64,000 nucleotides of DNA from Terriglobia bacterium (lineage in GTDB: Bacteria; Acidobacteriota; Terriglobia; 20CM-2-55-15). The translations under genes and the position numbers were made by a program. Shown here piece by piece: positions 46,633 to 55,938 of this stretch; the first letter of the stretch is position 1; the number at the start of each line of letters is the position of its first letter. The notes beneath the pieces were generated by a model. It was not told the DNA's origin. It worked only from the letters and a program-made list of their open reading frames with translations, and did no database searches. The DNA is taken from contig OZ253554.1 in the NCBI GenBank assembly GCA_965262675.1, positions 3,220,640 through 3,284,639 on the forward strand, in the 5' to 3' direction.

Positions 46633-49581
46633 TCAATCCTCAAAGGCCGACCGTTCCATCACATCGACCCGAACCTCCGGCGCATCAGGCACTTTGCCGC
46701 CACGCGCCTCGGTCATCGTGCTGCGGTAGAGATCTTGCACATCACGCTCGGTGGCGGTGGTCGGCGCAAGCACGCGGCGGTTCATCGCCCGTTTCCGTTC
46801 CATCAGGCTGTCGAGCTTCAAATCGAAGCTGTATTCGCCGAAACGCGGGTGCCGTGCCAACGGCAGGTAGACGTGCACGGTCCGGCGTTGTCCGATACGG
46901 AAGACGCGATCGGTGCACTGATCCTCCACGGCCGGATTCCACCACCGCGAAAGATGAATGACGTGGTTCGCCGCCGTCAGCGTCAGACCGACGCCGCCGG
47001 CACGAGGCGACAGGAGCATAACGTCAAAACCCATACGGTCCTGGAACATGTCGACGCGCGCCTTGCGCCTTCCACCGGAGACCGCGCCGTTGATGACGAG
47101 CACATCCTCGCGAAGCCGAAAGCGGTGTCTGAGCGCGCCGATCAGGAAGTCCTGCATTTTGAGCGACTCGACGAAGATCAACACTTTCTCGCCTTGGTCG
47201 GCGACCCCCTCCAGAATCGCGAATGTCTCGGATAACCGCGCCGATTCCCGTATGTACTGATCGACGCTGCGATCGCCCGGCACCGCGGGATGCAGGGAGG
47301 TATTTCGAAGTTTCTGGAGCGTCTGAAGCACACCGCCATCCTGTCGGCCGCGCAGCACGATCTCCGCGTACGCCTCGGCCTGGAACGGCGGCATCTCAAC
47401 CACGCGCCGGTGCACCCGCTTCTCCGGCAGCGTCGCGAGATGGTCTTCCTTGAGCCGGCGCAACATCAGCGCAGGACCCGTCGACTCCGCCGGCTTCGTC
47501 AGCGTGCGATGCAAATCCTCGAGTATCGCGTGGCCTTCCGCGTCTCGTCTTTCGTATCTCCCGCTGAAATCCTTCAGGGTTCCGAACATCCCGGGTTCGG
47601 TCCGGTCCAGCAACGACCAGATATCCGCCGGGCGATTCTCCACGGGCGTGCCGGTCATCAGCAGGGCAAAGTCGACGTTCATGGCAAGCGCCGCGTCCGT
47701 CAGGCGAGCGTTCGGGTTTTTGATTTTCTGGGCTTCGTCAAACACACCGGCGCGCCAGTGGATACGTCCGAAACTGTGCTGATAGTCGCGAAGAGTTTCG
47801 TAGGTGGTCAGCACCCAGTGGGCATCCTTCAGTAGAGCAATGTCCAGGAGCGGTTGTCCGAAAGCGAGATCGTCGCCACGATCCGCCGCGTGTTTCTTTC
47901 GGAGACGCCGCAATTCGCCGCCATGCGCTTCAACGGCCCGGCCGAGTCCTTCTCCGGCGAGATGTTTCGCATGTTCGTCCTTCCAGTTCTTGAGCAATCC
48001 GGTCGGAGCGACAACGAGCGTGGGCTGTTGCGGCAACCCCTCGTTTACGGAATGCGTCTTCAGGCAGGAAAGAAAAGCCAATGCTTCGAGCGTCTTGCCG
48101 AGTCCCATGTCGTCGGCAAGCAGGGCACCCCAACTGCCGGCTTCCCATCTGGTTTCGAGCCAGGCAAGACCCTCCTGTTGGTGGGGAAGAAGTTCGGTCC
48201 GCAAGCCGGGCTTGGACGTCGAAATGCCGGGCCGGCGCCGCTTCCGCTCACGGGTGAACCGAACGGTTTCCAGGTTGTCGATAACGATCAAGATCTGATC
48301 GTCATCGTCGCGTCCGACGGGTGCTTTGTCCGGTTCGGTGCTCGTCCTCGGACGCTGGGCTGACTGATGCCTGCGGATCAGTGCCTCGACGGCGCTGATT
48401 GTGGCCGAATTCGCCGGGATATCGGCGCCGCTATCGGTCCGCACGGTCGGTTCGCCACGCTCGACCGCGCTCTGGATTCGTTCGAGCAGGCCGGACAGGT
48501 CGTCGGGAGACAGCGGCACCATCTGCGAACCGATGCGAAGTCCCGATTCGTCTGGAGGCAACCACGGTTCCGCGGCGTGCCGGATCCACGGAACCGTCTT
48601 GTCGACCCAGATGCCGACGCCGCTGACACGGTCGCTCAATCCGTCATCGCTGAAGACGCTGTCGAGTTCAAACTCGTGCGTGTCGAATGCGCCGCGCAGG
48701 TAGCCCGAAGCGTTCCGCAGGAAATCTCGACGCTCATCGGGCGTGCCCGACTGTGCGCGTTGCACGATGGCGAGAGCCTGTTGGACCTCCGGCGTAAGCA
48801 CGACAAAGGCCCCGCCCCCGGCCGGGTATCGATGCCTGACGCCGGACAGGGCGCGGAAGCGCCGTGCGAAATCCTGCTGGCGGGCCTCTGGCAGCGTGCG
48901 GTCGAACGCTTGCTCGTGATCACCCACATCGGTCGCGCGAGTCGCCCGCCTGCCGACGACCGGGTCGAAGTCCGGTTCGCCGTCCTCGTTCACAAACGGA
49001 TCCAGCTCGAAGCTCGAAGCTACGACGATCTTCAGCGAACGCAGATTGTCGTCACCGACAACGGCGTCGGCCGGCAACATCTCGGCGATCCGTCCCCATC
49101 GAAGCATTCGCGATTCCAGATCCGCCTCGTCCGCCCGGTTGAACAGGTCGATGGCATCGGCGATGGAGTACAGAGGATCGAGCAGCACGAAGTCGCCGCC
49201 GCCCGCATGCAGCCATGCCCCCTCACGTCGCGTGCCGAGGACGCGCCGTCCGTTGCGGAGAAAGCCGTAACGGATCTGGAAGTCGGCGTCGTGTATGGCG
49301 TTGTTCGCGACGACCTCGATCGCGAACGGCGATGCATCGGGAAGCCCGATGTACCGCAGTTCGCCGGGGGTCAATCCGGCGACGCTCGGCCAGGAAACCG
49401 ACAATGAACAACCATCGTCCTTCTCGACGGCGCCGCCGTCATCCCGAAGTCGAATCAGCGCGCCCACGCCGGCCGATCCGTCGGCGATCGATGTCCACTC
49501 GCGGACGGAAACCGGTGGATCGCCCTGCATCCGGACGATCAAGCCGTCCGGCGTCGGCTTGAACCTGAGGCTGTTAGTCAT
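46633..49581 (-). CDS. zorD: Zorya ZorD-like SNF2 helicase, apparently lacking its C-terminal nuclease
   Basis: 'LADDMGLGKT', 'DEAQKIKN', 'TGTPVEN', 'AGGVGLTL...WWNPAVEDQCTDRVFRIGQ'; fourth gene after zorABC. Confidence 0.82.
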   Translation of the reverse strand: MTNSLRFKPTPDGLIVRMQGDPPVSVREWTSIADGSAGVGALIRLRDDGGAVEKDDGCSLSVSWPSVAGLTPGELRYIGLPDASPFAIEVVANNAIHDADFQIRYGFLRNGRRVLGTRREGAWLHAGGGDFVLLDPLYSIADAIDLFNRADEADLESRMLRWGRIAEMLPADAVVGDDNLRSLKIVVASSFELDPFVNEDGEPDFDPVVGRRATRATDVGDHEQAFDRTLPEARQQDFARRFRALSGVRHRYPAGGGAFVVLTPEVQQALAIVQRAQSGTPDERRDFLRNASGYLRGAFDTHEFELDSVFSDDGLSDRVSGVGIWVDKTVPWIRHAAEPWLPPDESGLRIGSQMVPLSPDDLSGLLERIQSAVERGEPTVRTDSGADIPANSATISAVEALIRRHQSAQRPRTSTEPDKAPVGRDDDDQILIVIDNLETVRFTRERKRRRPGISTSKPGLRTELLPHQQEGLAWLETRWEAGSWGALLADDMGLGKTLEALAFLSCLKTHSVNEGLPQQPTLVVAPTGLLKNWKDEHAKHLAGEGLGRAVEAHGGELRRLRKKHAADRGDDLAFGQPLLDIALLKDAHWVLTTYETLRDYQHSFGRIHWRAGVFDEAQKIKNPNARLTDAALAMNVDFALLMTGTPVENRPADIWSLLDRTEPGMFGTLKDFSGRYERRDAEGHAILEDLHRTLTKPAESTGPALMLRRLKEDHLATLPEKRVHRRVVEMPPFQAEAYAEIVLRGRQDGGVLQTLQKLRNTSLHPAVPGDRSVDQYIRESARLSETFAILEGVADQGEKVLIFVESLKMQDFLIGALRHRFRLREDVLVINGAVSGGRRKARVDMFQDRMGFDVMLLSPRAGGVGLTLTAANHVIHLSRWWNPAVEDQCTDRVFRIGQRRTVHVYLPLARHPRFGEYSFDLKLDSLMERKRAMNRRVLAPTTATERDVQDLYRSTMTEARGGKVPDAPEVRVDVMERSAFED

Positions 49582-49651
49582 GGAATCACCACACGGAACG
49601 GGATTAATTCACCCGCCGGACCCGGCGGCGGCACCGTCGAGCGGGACGCGG

Positions 49652-51157
49652 TCATCGAAACGTTGAGCGCCATGAGCGGCTGCGTTCCGATCGGCGCAGC
49701 GTGGGTGGGAAGTACCGATCGCGTTCGATTCTGACACCGGTGTTGTCTCGCAACCATTTCGCGATCTTGTCCTGCCACCGGCCGTATTCGCTGCCCATGT
49801 GCGCTTGCAAATGTGCTCCGGCGATCCGATGGTATTGGCGCGTATGTCTCAGTTCGTTGGCGAAGTAGGTATTCTTGTACAACCCGGGTGTTCCAGAAGT
49901 CCCGTCGAGCCACATGTGGCACGAGCCGTTGTGGCTCCATTCGGCTATGGTCACTCCAGGCATGCGAAAGAGCAGGACGGACTGGTCACTCTGGCCGCCG
50001 CGCAACGCGCTTGTCGTTCCGAGCCCCCCGTCGTTCTTGTTCATCTTGCGGAGCACATCCGCCGCGCGACGACCCAGCACGAACCAGATGTCCTCGATCA
50101 GTTCCCTGGCGAGAAACGCCCGCCAGAAGGCTTCCCGGTAACGCCAATGTCTGTCGAGTGCGGTCTCCTTGACGAGAAGGAAGAACTGCTCCAGCACACG
50201 TTCGACGAGCCATCGGATCACGACGCGCGTGACGTCGTCTGGCACGCCGGACCATTTGTGTTTCCCGGACCGCAGGCGGGGGTCGCCGAAGTGACGCAGA
50301 AAGAACGATTGCAGCCGTTCCTTGACTTCGGGCTTCGGAGACTGGTCAACGAAAGGACCGAGCAACTCAACCGCGGTCCTTACCCGCACGGCCGGTTCGT
50401 CGAAGCGCAATTTGCCGTCGCACTCCAAAAGGGACAGCAACCGCTCGAGGCGGGCATCGCCGAAGCGATTGTTCGTCAGCCGGGCTCGTACGTCCGGGAG
50501 ATACGAGCGAACGCCCGATTCGAGAAACCCGCAACGCGCGAGTCCGGCATCGATCCCGGCTTGGCGCAGGATTTCTTCGGGAGCCGCGTCCGCGGCCGTC
50601 ATCAACTGGTTCACGAACGACCGGCCACCGTTATTCTTCAGAAACCCATAATCCTTGCAGCGCTGACGCCACCGTTTCAGTGACGGCGGAGGTGCTGACG
50701 AAGGACCTTGGATGGTGTTTTCGAGCAACCGGCGTAGATCGTCGAACGTCGGCAGGTCGACCGGATAGACGCGCAAGAACTCGTGCAGCAGCGCCAGTGT
50801 GGACCGCGTGCGGCCGCCCTCCGACAGCCAGCGCCCGTATTCCTGTACGAAGCGGGGGCGCGCGCCCAACCACCGGGCACGGCCCGCGTCCGGCGGTGAG
50901 TAGAACAAAACCCATGGCAATCGCCGGAGGTCGCCGGTTGAGAGGCGGTCGAGAGAATGGTAACGGCGCCACGATTCATTGGCTCGCCGATGCAACGTCT
51001 CCAAGTCGTAGGGCTCGGGCGCTTTGGGCTGAACGTCGCCCAACCGCTTCGCTATACCGGCCGCCGCAGCCCGCGTCCGGCGGGGTTCGAAAGCGCGGTC
51101 AATTTTCGGGAAGCCGACCCAGCGATCGAGCGAATCCCTCAGCGAAGGCGTGTTCAC
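49652..51157 (-). CDS. zorC: Zorya ZorC-like EH-signature domain protein
   Basis: 'FGDPR...W..V....VIRWL....LEQFF', 'R..FW', 'IAEWSHNG', 'H.....GRWQ'; overlaps the zorB stop. Confidence 0.82.
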   Translation of the reverse strand: MNTPSLRDSLDRWVGFPKIDRAFEPRRTRAAAAGIAKRLGDVQPKAPEPYDLETLHRRANESWRRYHSLDRLSTGDLRRLPWVLFYSPPDAGRARWLGARPRFVQEYGRWLSEGGRTRSTLALLHEFLRVYPVDLPTFDDLRRLLENTIQGPSSAPPPSLKRWRQRCKDYGFLKNNGGRSFVNQLMTAADAAPEEILRQAGIDAGLARCGFLESGVRSYLPDVRARLTNNRFGDARLERLLSLLECDGKLRFDEPAVRVRTAVELLGPFVDQSPKPEVKERLQSFFLRHFGDPRLRSGKHKWSGVPDDVTRVVIRWLVERVLEQFFLLVKETALDRHWRYREAFWRAFLARELIEDIWFVLGRRAADVLRKMNKNDGGLGTTSALRGGQSDQSVLLFRMPGVTIAEWSHNGSCHMWLDGTSGTPGLYKNTYFANELRHTRQYHRIAGAHLQAHMGSEYGRWQDKIAKWLRDNTGVRIERDRYFPPTLRRSERSRSWRSTFR

Positions 51158-52065
51158 CGCGCCCCTTCGCCGACCCGTTCACGAACATCGGTCTGGACAT
51201 CGGGTTCGCCCGTCGTCAGCACGCCCTCGGGAGGTTCAAGAAGGAACCGCAGATCAATGCGACGGTGGATGCGTCCGGCGTCGTCGGCCGCGGCACCGAG
51301 TGGCGCCGACTGGAATTCGCCGCCGGGTACCGGCCGCGTGGCGCCGTAACCGCTGGTGCTCAGAATGGGATAGTTCTCTGTGTTCAGCAGGCGCGCCACG
51401 CCCGGTTCGCAAGCGGCGATCATGCCATGCACAGTCGCCGCCCGCATCGAGGACAGTTCGAGATTGTCTCTGAAGCGGTTGCCGGCCGCGACGGGCACAT
51501 CGTCGGTGTGGCCCTCAATCAGCAGGGTCTCGAGGAGCCACGGAAACCGCTGTTCCCCGCATTCATACGCGGATGGATCTGCGGGAAGTTGACAATAGGA
51601 CAGCGCGACGGCGTCTTCGCTCGCCAGTGCGTTCCCGTCCGTCGCCGGAAGCCCGATCAGTTCGCCCGAGACGTAGCATGGTACGACCTCGGCGATGGCC
51701 TCGGCGAGACGTCCGACGTTGACGTGATGTTCAGGGACCGGAGTATCGCTGCCCGACGGGAAGTTGATGGCGTTGTCGGAAAGGCGCAGGACGCCCTGTT
51801 CGTACAGCACTTCGACCCGGATACCGGAATCCTGGAGCAGGCCGGCGATGTCCCCGAGGATCCGGTCGCGCGTTTCATCCGCGGCGGTGAGTTCCTCGGT
51901 GACGTTGGCCTGTTCCTCGGTGATGTTGGCGAGTTGATACGCAAAGACGGCCAGCATGATGATGAAGACGAAGATGAGCGACGAGACGAGGTCGCTCACA
52001 CTGGCAAGATAACTCTGCCCGCCCTGGCCGGCGTCCGGCGAGGGTCTGGATCCGCCGACCATCAC
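51154..52065 (-). CDS. zorB: Zorya ZorB (MotB/OmpA-like)
   Basis: TM segment 'SVSDLVSSLIFVF' with the conserved Asp; OmpA motifs 'IEGHTDD', 'NLELSSMRA', 'SGYG..RP', 'RRIDLRF'. Confidence 0.88.
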   Translation of the reverse strand: MMVGGSRPSPDAGQGGQSYLASVSDLVSSLIFVFIIMLAVFAYQLANITEEQANVTEELTAADETRDRILGDIAGLLQDSGIRVEVLYEQGVLRLSDNAINFPSGSDTPVPEHHVNVGRLAEAIAEVVPCYVSGELIGLPATDGNALASEDAVALSYCQLPADPSAYECGEQRFPWLLETLLIEGHTDDVPVAAGNRFRDNLELSSMRAATVHGMIAACEPGVARLLNTENYPILSTSGYGATRPVPGGEFQSAPLGAAADDAGRIHRRIDLRFLLEPPEGVLTTGEPDVQTDVRERVGEGAR

Positions 52066-53768
52066 GCACGCCTCCGGAGATGCTCGCTCAGATCCTCGAT
52101 CGACGAATGGAGTTCGTTCGTTGCGCCGGCCAGATCCTGTGTGATCTTCGACGTAGTCCCGTCCAGTTCGTTGACAAATTGCGTCACCTGTTTGCAGTAT
52201 CCCGACAGACCTTCGTCGAGCTTCTGGAACACTTGGGCCAGCGAGCCATCGATGCCCTCGAAGCGTTCCCGATACCGGTCCCAGTTGCCGGCCACCGTTT
52301 TCTGGTGCTGTTCGAGCGTATTGACCGCGGCGTCGATACGGCCGACGAGTTCGCTCGTCCGCCCCAGCGCTGCGGCCGCCTTGTCGCTGGAGGCACGGAT
52401 CTCGCTTGCCGCGCGGCCCATAGGTTCAGCGACATCCGCGATCTGACGGTGGGCGACTTCAATCGTCTCGCGCAACGTGTTGATCCGATCAACGAAACTT
52501 GTCATGCTGGCCAGCACCTGCTCGCTCTGTCGTGTGGACCGGTCGAGACTGTGCGCGGCGGCCAGCAGGCCGTCGAGCGATCCGGAGATCTGCGAGGCGG
52601 CCTCGACGCCGGCCGCGGCGGCGGCCGTCCCGGCGCCTGTCAGCCGTTCCGCCAGTTGATGCGAAGCATCCGCCATGATGCGGGTGACATCGCCGAGCGA
52701 TTGTTGCAACGTCTCGGTCATCGCGGTCGCGCCTGCGTCCATCGATGTCCTGACCGTAGTCATGACCGAACTGAGCGCCGCTTGGACGTCCCGTTGCGAC
52801 TGGGCCAGCCCGTCGGATGAGTCCTTCAGGGTGCGGTTCAACTCGGTGACAATAGCGGCCATCTCGTCGAACTGCGATCCGGCGCGTTCCTGCATGGCCG
52901 AGGTAAACCGCTCGAGCGTCTCCTCGATCATCCTTCCGGAGTCGGTCGACCGATCGACGCGAAGTCCCTCGACGGCTTCGACGAGCCGTTCGAGTTGCGG
53001 CGACAATCGGCCGGCGATCTTCTCCTCGAGTGCCTGTTCGAGAGAGAAAATCAATTCACTGTTGAAGCGTTCGAGCTGCATTGTCGCGCGTGTCGCCTGT
53101 TCGAGTTGCTTCAGGGCGACGCCTTCCGGCGTGACGCGCTGCAGGCGGGTCTCGATCGATCCGACCCACTCGTCCAATGCGATGTGGAGTCGCCGGGAAG
53201 CGAAGCGTTCCCCAAGTACGAACAATATGGAACAGACAATTCCGACGATCGATGTCCAGAAAGCCAGCGACGCACCGCCCAGAAGCTGCTGCAGGGAGGC
53301 TGTTATCTCCGCCGGATTGCTGGAGGACAGACCCGAGCTTGCCGATCCGACCCCGCCTGCCAAACCCAAGAACGTACCCAGGATGCCGGCGCCTGTCAGC
53401 AGGTTCGGCACGGCTTGGTAAAAACCGAAAGGGATTTTGGGGAAAATGACGGTAGTGTCGTTCAGATATTGCGACACCACTCCGGTGTTCCGGATCGGGT
53501 CGCCGGAATCCGGTTCAGGAAGAACCAGCGTTTCGACGAATTCCTTCCACGGCAGACCGAAGGCCTTTTCGACGCGCATGTTGTATTCGTCGAATGCGCC
53601 GACAAAGCCTTTTTCTCCGTCAACGCGCTCAAGTTGTTCGCGCACCCCGCGAAGCCTTCGATATAGCGGGCGCGCGCCCAAAGCCAGCATTATCGCGCAG
53701 ACAACAGCTGACAGAGCAATGATCCCGCAGTACCACCATACGAAGCTTTCGGTGAGGAAGAAGCTCAT
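52062..53768 (-). CDS. zorA: Zorya ZorA (MotA-like TM domain plus long helical tail)
   Basis: 'PNLLTGAGILGTFLGL', 'AFWTSIVG', then a long helical tail. Confidence 0.88.
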   Translation of the reverse strand: MSFFLTESFVWWYCGIIALSAVVCAIMLALGARPLYRRLRGVREQLERVDGEKGFVGAFDEYNMRVEKAFGLPWKEFVETLVLPEPDSGDPIRNTGVVSQYLNDTTVIFPKIPFGFYQAVPNLLTGAGILGTFLGLAGGVGSASSGLSSSNPAEITASLQQLLGGASLAFWTSIVGIVCSILFVLGERFASRRLHIALDEWVGSIETRLQRVTPEGVALKQLEQATRATMQLERFNSELIFSLEQALEEKIAGRLSPQLERLVEAVEGLRVDRSTDSGRMIEETLERFTSAMQERAGSQFDEMAAIVTELNRTLKDSSDGLAQSQRDVQAALSSVMTTVRTSMDAGATAMTETLQQSLGDVTRIMADASHQLAERLTGAGTAAAAAGVEAASQISGSLDGLLAAAHSLDRSTRQSEQVLASMTSFVDRINTLRETIEVAHRQIADVAEPMGRAASEIRASSDKAAAALGRTSELVGRIDAAVNTLEQHQKTVAGNWDRYRERFEGIDGSLAQVFQKLDEGLSGYCKQVTQFVNELDGTTSKITQDLAGATNELHSSIEDLSEHLRRRA

Positions 53769-54219
53769 TGCGGCGTAAGATAACCTGGAAAGATCCGCCC
53801 GACGGGAGGGCGATAGGACCGTCGGCGAGTGCGTGTTGCGGCCGTGTTACCGACATACCAAGACGTTGTCATTTTCAGATGTCAAACAAGTTCGATACGA
53901 AGCGTGATAATTCGCGCTGGCGGGTCAACATTTCTTCCGGGAAGGCACAAGCATACATCAAGGAAGAGGGTGCGGCAACGAGGGCAAATTCGTATCGGGA
54001 GTTCCGCTTCGAGTTGGGAGGGGTCGCGGTCTGCGGCTCAGTGAATGCGCCGTCGGTAGCGCCTAGCATGGTGGGAGGCGGCGGGAGAGGAACGCGTACC
54101 GTGGATTGCCGGGACGGGCGGGGACATTCCCTTGCGCGTCCGAGAACGGGCGACGCTTCATGGACCGTGCGCCCCTGCATCCGCTCCCTACGCCTCACTC
54201 CGCGCCAGGCCAAGCCGGC

Positions 54220-55173
54220 TTATCGACTTGGGTAGTACACGCTGTCGATTGGCTGGGGCTCGGTCAGATAGTCCAGTTCCTTGAACGGATAGGTCGGACG
54301 GTCGTGCGAATTGATGAACGCCGACAGATGCTGGGCTTCTTCGTCGGTCGTGCTGCCCGGATCCATGTACGGCATCATGTGACGGATGATCCCGGCCAGC
54401 GTATAGATGCGTGCCGCGCCGGCGCCGTCGTTCCACGAGTCCGGCCCCCACAACGGCCCGGCCTTCTTTGTGCCGATCTGGACTCCCTGCCCGTCCTCGC
54501 CGTGACAGTTGGTACAGCGCTCCAGGAAAATGGTCTCGCCAAGCATGGGGTCGAGTTCATCCAGAGGCAGTCTGTTTTCGGGAGGGATCGTGTTCTGACG
54601 CCGCCAAGGTGCATTCTCTCCCGGCTCGAATCCTCGTGAAAGCCAGCGCAGATACGTTGCCAACGCCTGGACTTCCAGTGTCTCCGGCGTTGGAAGGATC
54701 GTATCGTCGACTGCCGGGTCGCGTGCCGGAAGGTGGCCCGTGGAATTCTGGCTGCGGAAAAAGCAGCCGACGATTCGATCCTCGATCGTAAAGTCCCGGC
54801 CCGCCCGCCGGTTGTATTCCGGGAACATGGCCGTCACTCCGATCAGGGGAAGCGATTTTTCGCGTTGTCCGGCATTCAGGTGGCAGTTGTTGCACGACAT
54901 GTTCCCCCCGCTAAGATGGGGGGCTTCGCCGGGTGTATCGGTGAAGATGCGGTAACCCAATCGGATCCGTTCCGCCAGATCCGAATCGCCCAACGTTGGG
55001 TCGGCGATCGGGTCATTGGGAACGTCCCAAGCCGTGGCCATCGTCGTCGACGAGGAAATTATCGGGGCCGGAAGCTTGCCCAATGCCGGATCGAGAGGAT
55101 CGATTTCGGGCGCGCAAGCCGTTGCCGTCAGGCCTGCAAGCACCAGAACAGTCGCGCGAAAAGGCTCGTTCAT
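54220..55173 (-). CDS. tsdA: Diheme cytochrome c, thiosulfate dehydrogenase TsdA-like lipoprotein
   Basis: CNNCH and CTNCH; 'EDRIVGCFFRS' with the catalytic-position Cys; 'PLWGPDSWNDGAG'; 'HMMP'; lipobox-like 'TATAC'. Confidence 0.75.
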   Translation of the reverse strand: MNEPFRATVLVLAGLTATACAPEIDPLDPALGKLPAPIISSSTTMATAWDVPNDPIADPTLGDSDLAERIRLGYRIFTDTPGEAPHLSGGNMSCNNCHLNAGQREKSLPLIGVTAMFPEYNRRAGRDFTIEDRIVGCFFRSQNSTGHLPARDPAVDDTILPTPETLEVQALATYLRWLSRGFEPGENAPWRRQNTIPPENRLPLDELDPMLGETIFLERCTNCHGEDGQGVQIGTKKAGPLWGPDSWNDGAGAARIYTLAGIIRHMMPYMDPGSTTDEEAQHLSAFINSHDRPTYPFKELDYLTEPQPIDSVYYPSR

Positions 55174-55227
55174 ATCGTTCGAGAGTATAATCTTTGGCGA
55201 AAATCCGAATCAAGAAAGCGAGGACCC

Positions 55228-55938
55228 ATGCCCGAAAAGCCTTTGAAATCGCCCGTGGCACGCCGTTCATTCCTGAGGCGCCTGAGTACAGGCGCAACCG
55301 CATTCGGCGCCGCTTTCGCCGCCGGAACAGCATCGGCGTCACCGCAGACCGGATCGATTGGAAGCGATTGGACGCCAACCCTTCACGAACTGGACGACTG
55401 GTTCGACCGGATGCCCGGTGGCCACCGATTTATCCTCGACAACACCACCGCGGACGGATTCGCCGGAGCGATGGCGTACGCGAACAACTTTTTCCAGGTG
55501 AACAACGACTTTTATGACCTCTCCGACAGCGACTTGGCCGTCGTCCTGCTCGCCCGGCACTTTTCCACGCCATTCGCGTTCAACGACGCGATGTGGGAAA
55601 AATACGGCGCGAGTTGGGCCGATATGGCCCGCTTCAACGATCCGCGGACCAATCAGGCGCCCACGGCCAACCTGTACAACGCGGGTCCGATAACGGGATT
55701 GGGGAACCGTGGCCTGACGCTGGACGGTCTGGTTGGGCGAGGAATGAAAATTGCCCTTTGCCAGGTGGCCGCGCGTGGATTCGCCGGAGGCGCCGCGCGC
55801 GCAGCCGGTGCGGACGCCGACGAGGTGTTCGAAGAGGTCATGGACAACCTGCTCGACGGGGTCCAGCCGGTTCCGGCCGGCATCGTCGCGATCGGCCGCG
55901 CCCAGGAACGCGGGTTCACGTTCAGTTTCACGGCGTGA
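55228..55938 (+). CDS. Tat-exported DsrE-like protein
   Basis: 'ARRSFL' Tat motif; 'VVLLARH...AFNDAMWEKY', 'ALCQVA', 'VPAGIVAIGRAQERGF'. Confidence 0.7.
   Translation: MPEKPLKSPVARRSFLRRLSTGATAFGAAFAAGTASASPQTGSIGSDWTPTLHELDDWFDRMPGGHRFILDNTTADGFAGAMAYANNFFQVNNDFYDLSDSDLAVVLLARHFSTPFAFNDAMWEKYGASWADMARFNDPRTNQAPTANLYNAGPITGLGNRGLTLDGLVGRGMKIALCQVAARGFAGGAARAAGADADEVFEEVMDNLLDGVQPVPAGIVAIGRAQERGFTFSFTA

Noticed and set aside
40759-46635. Genome-wide stop-codon reassignment or Sec/Pyl recoding
   Set aside because: TAG ends korA, korB and tes, and TGA ends trxB and rph, all at expected positions. The interrupted codons correspond to different expected residues, and no Sec/Pyl machinery is in the window.
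49578-49940. Separate gene or frameshifted ZorC tail overlapping the zorD start
   Set aside because: It mostly overlaps zorC in another frame and has no motifs; the ATGA overlap alone is not enough support.
51154-53768. Flagellar MotAB or ExbBD/TolQR
   Set aside because: The long helical tail and the adjacent EH-signature and SNF2 genes fit Zorya.
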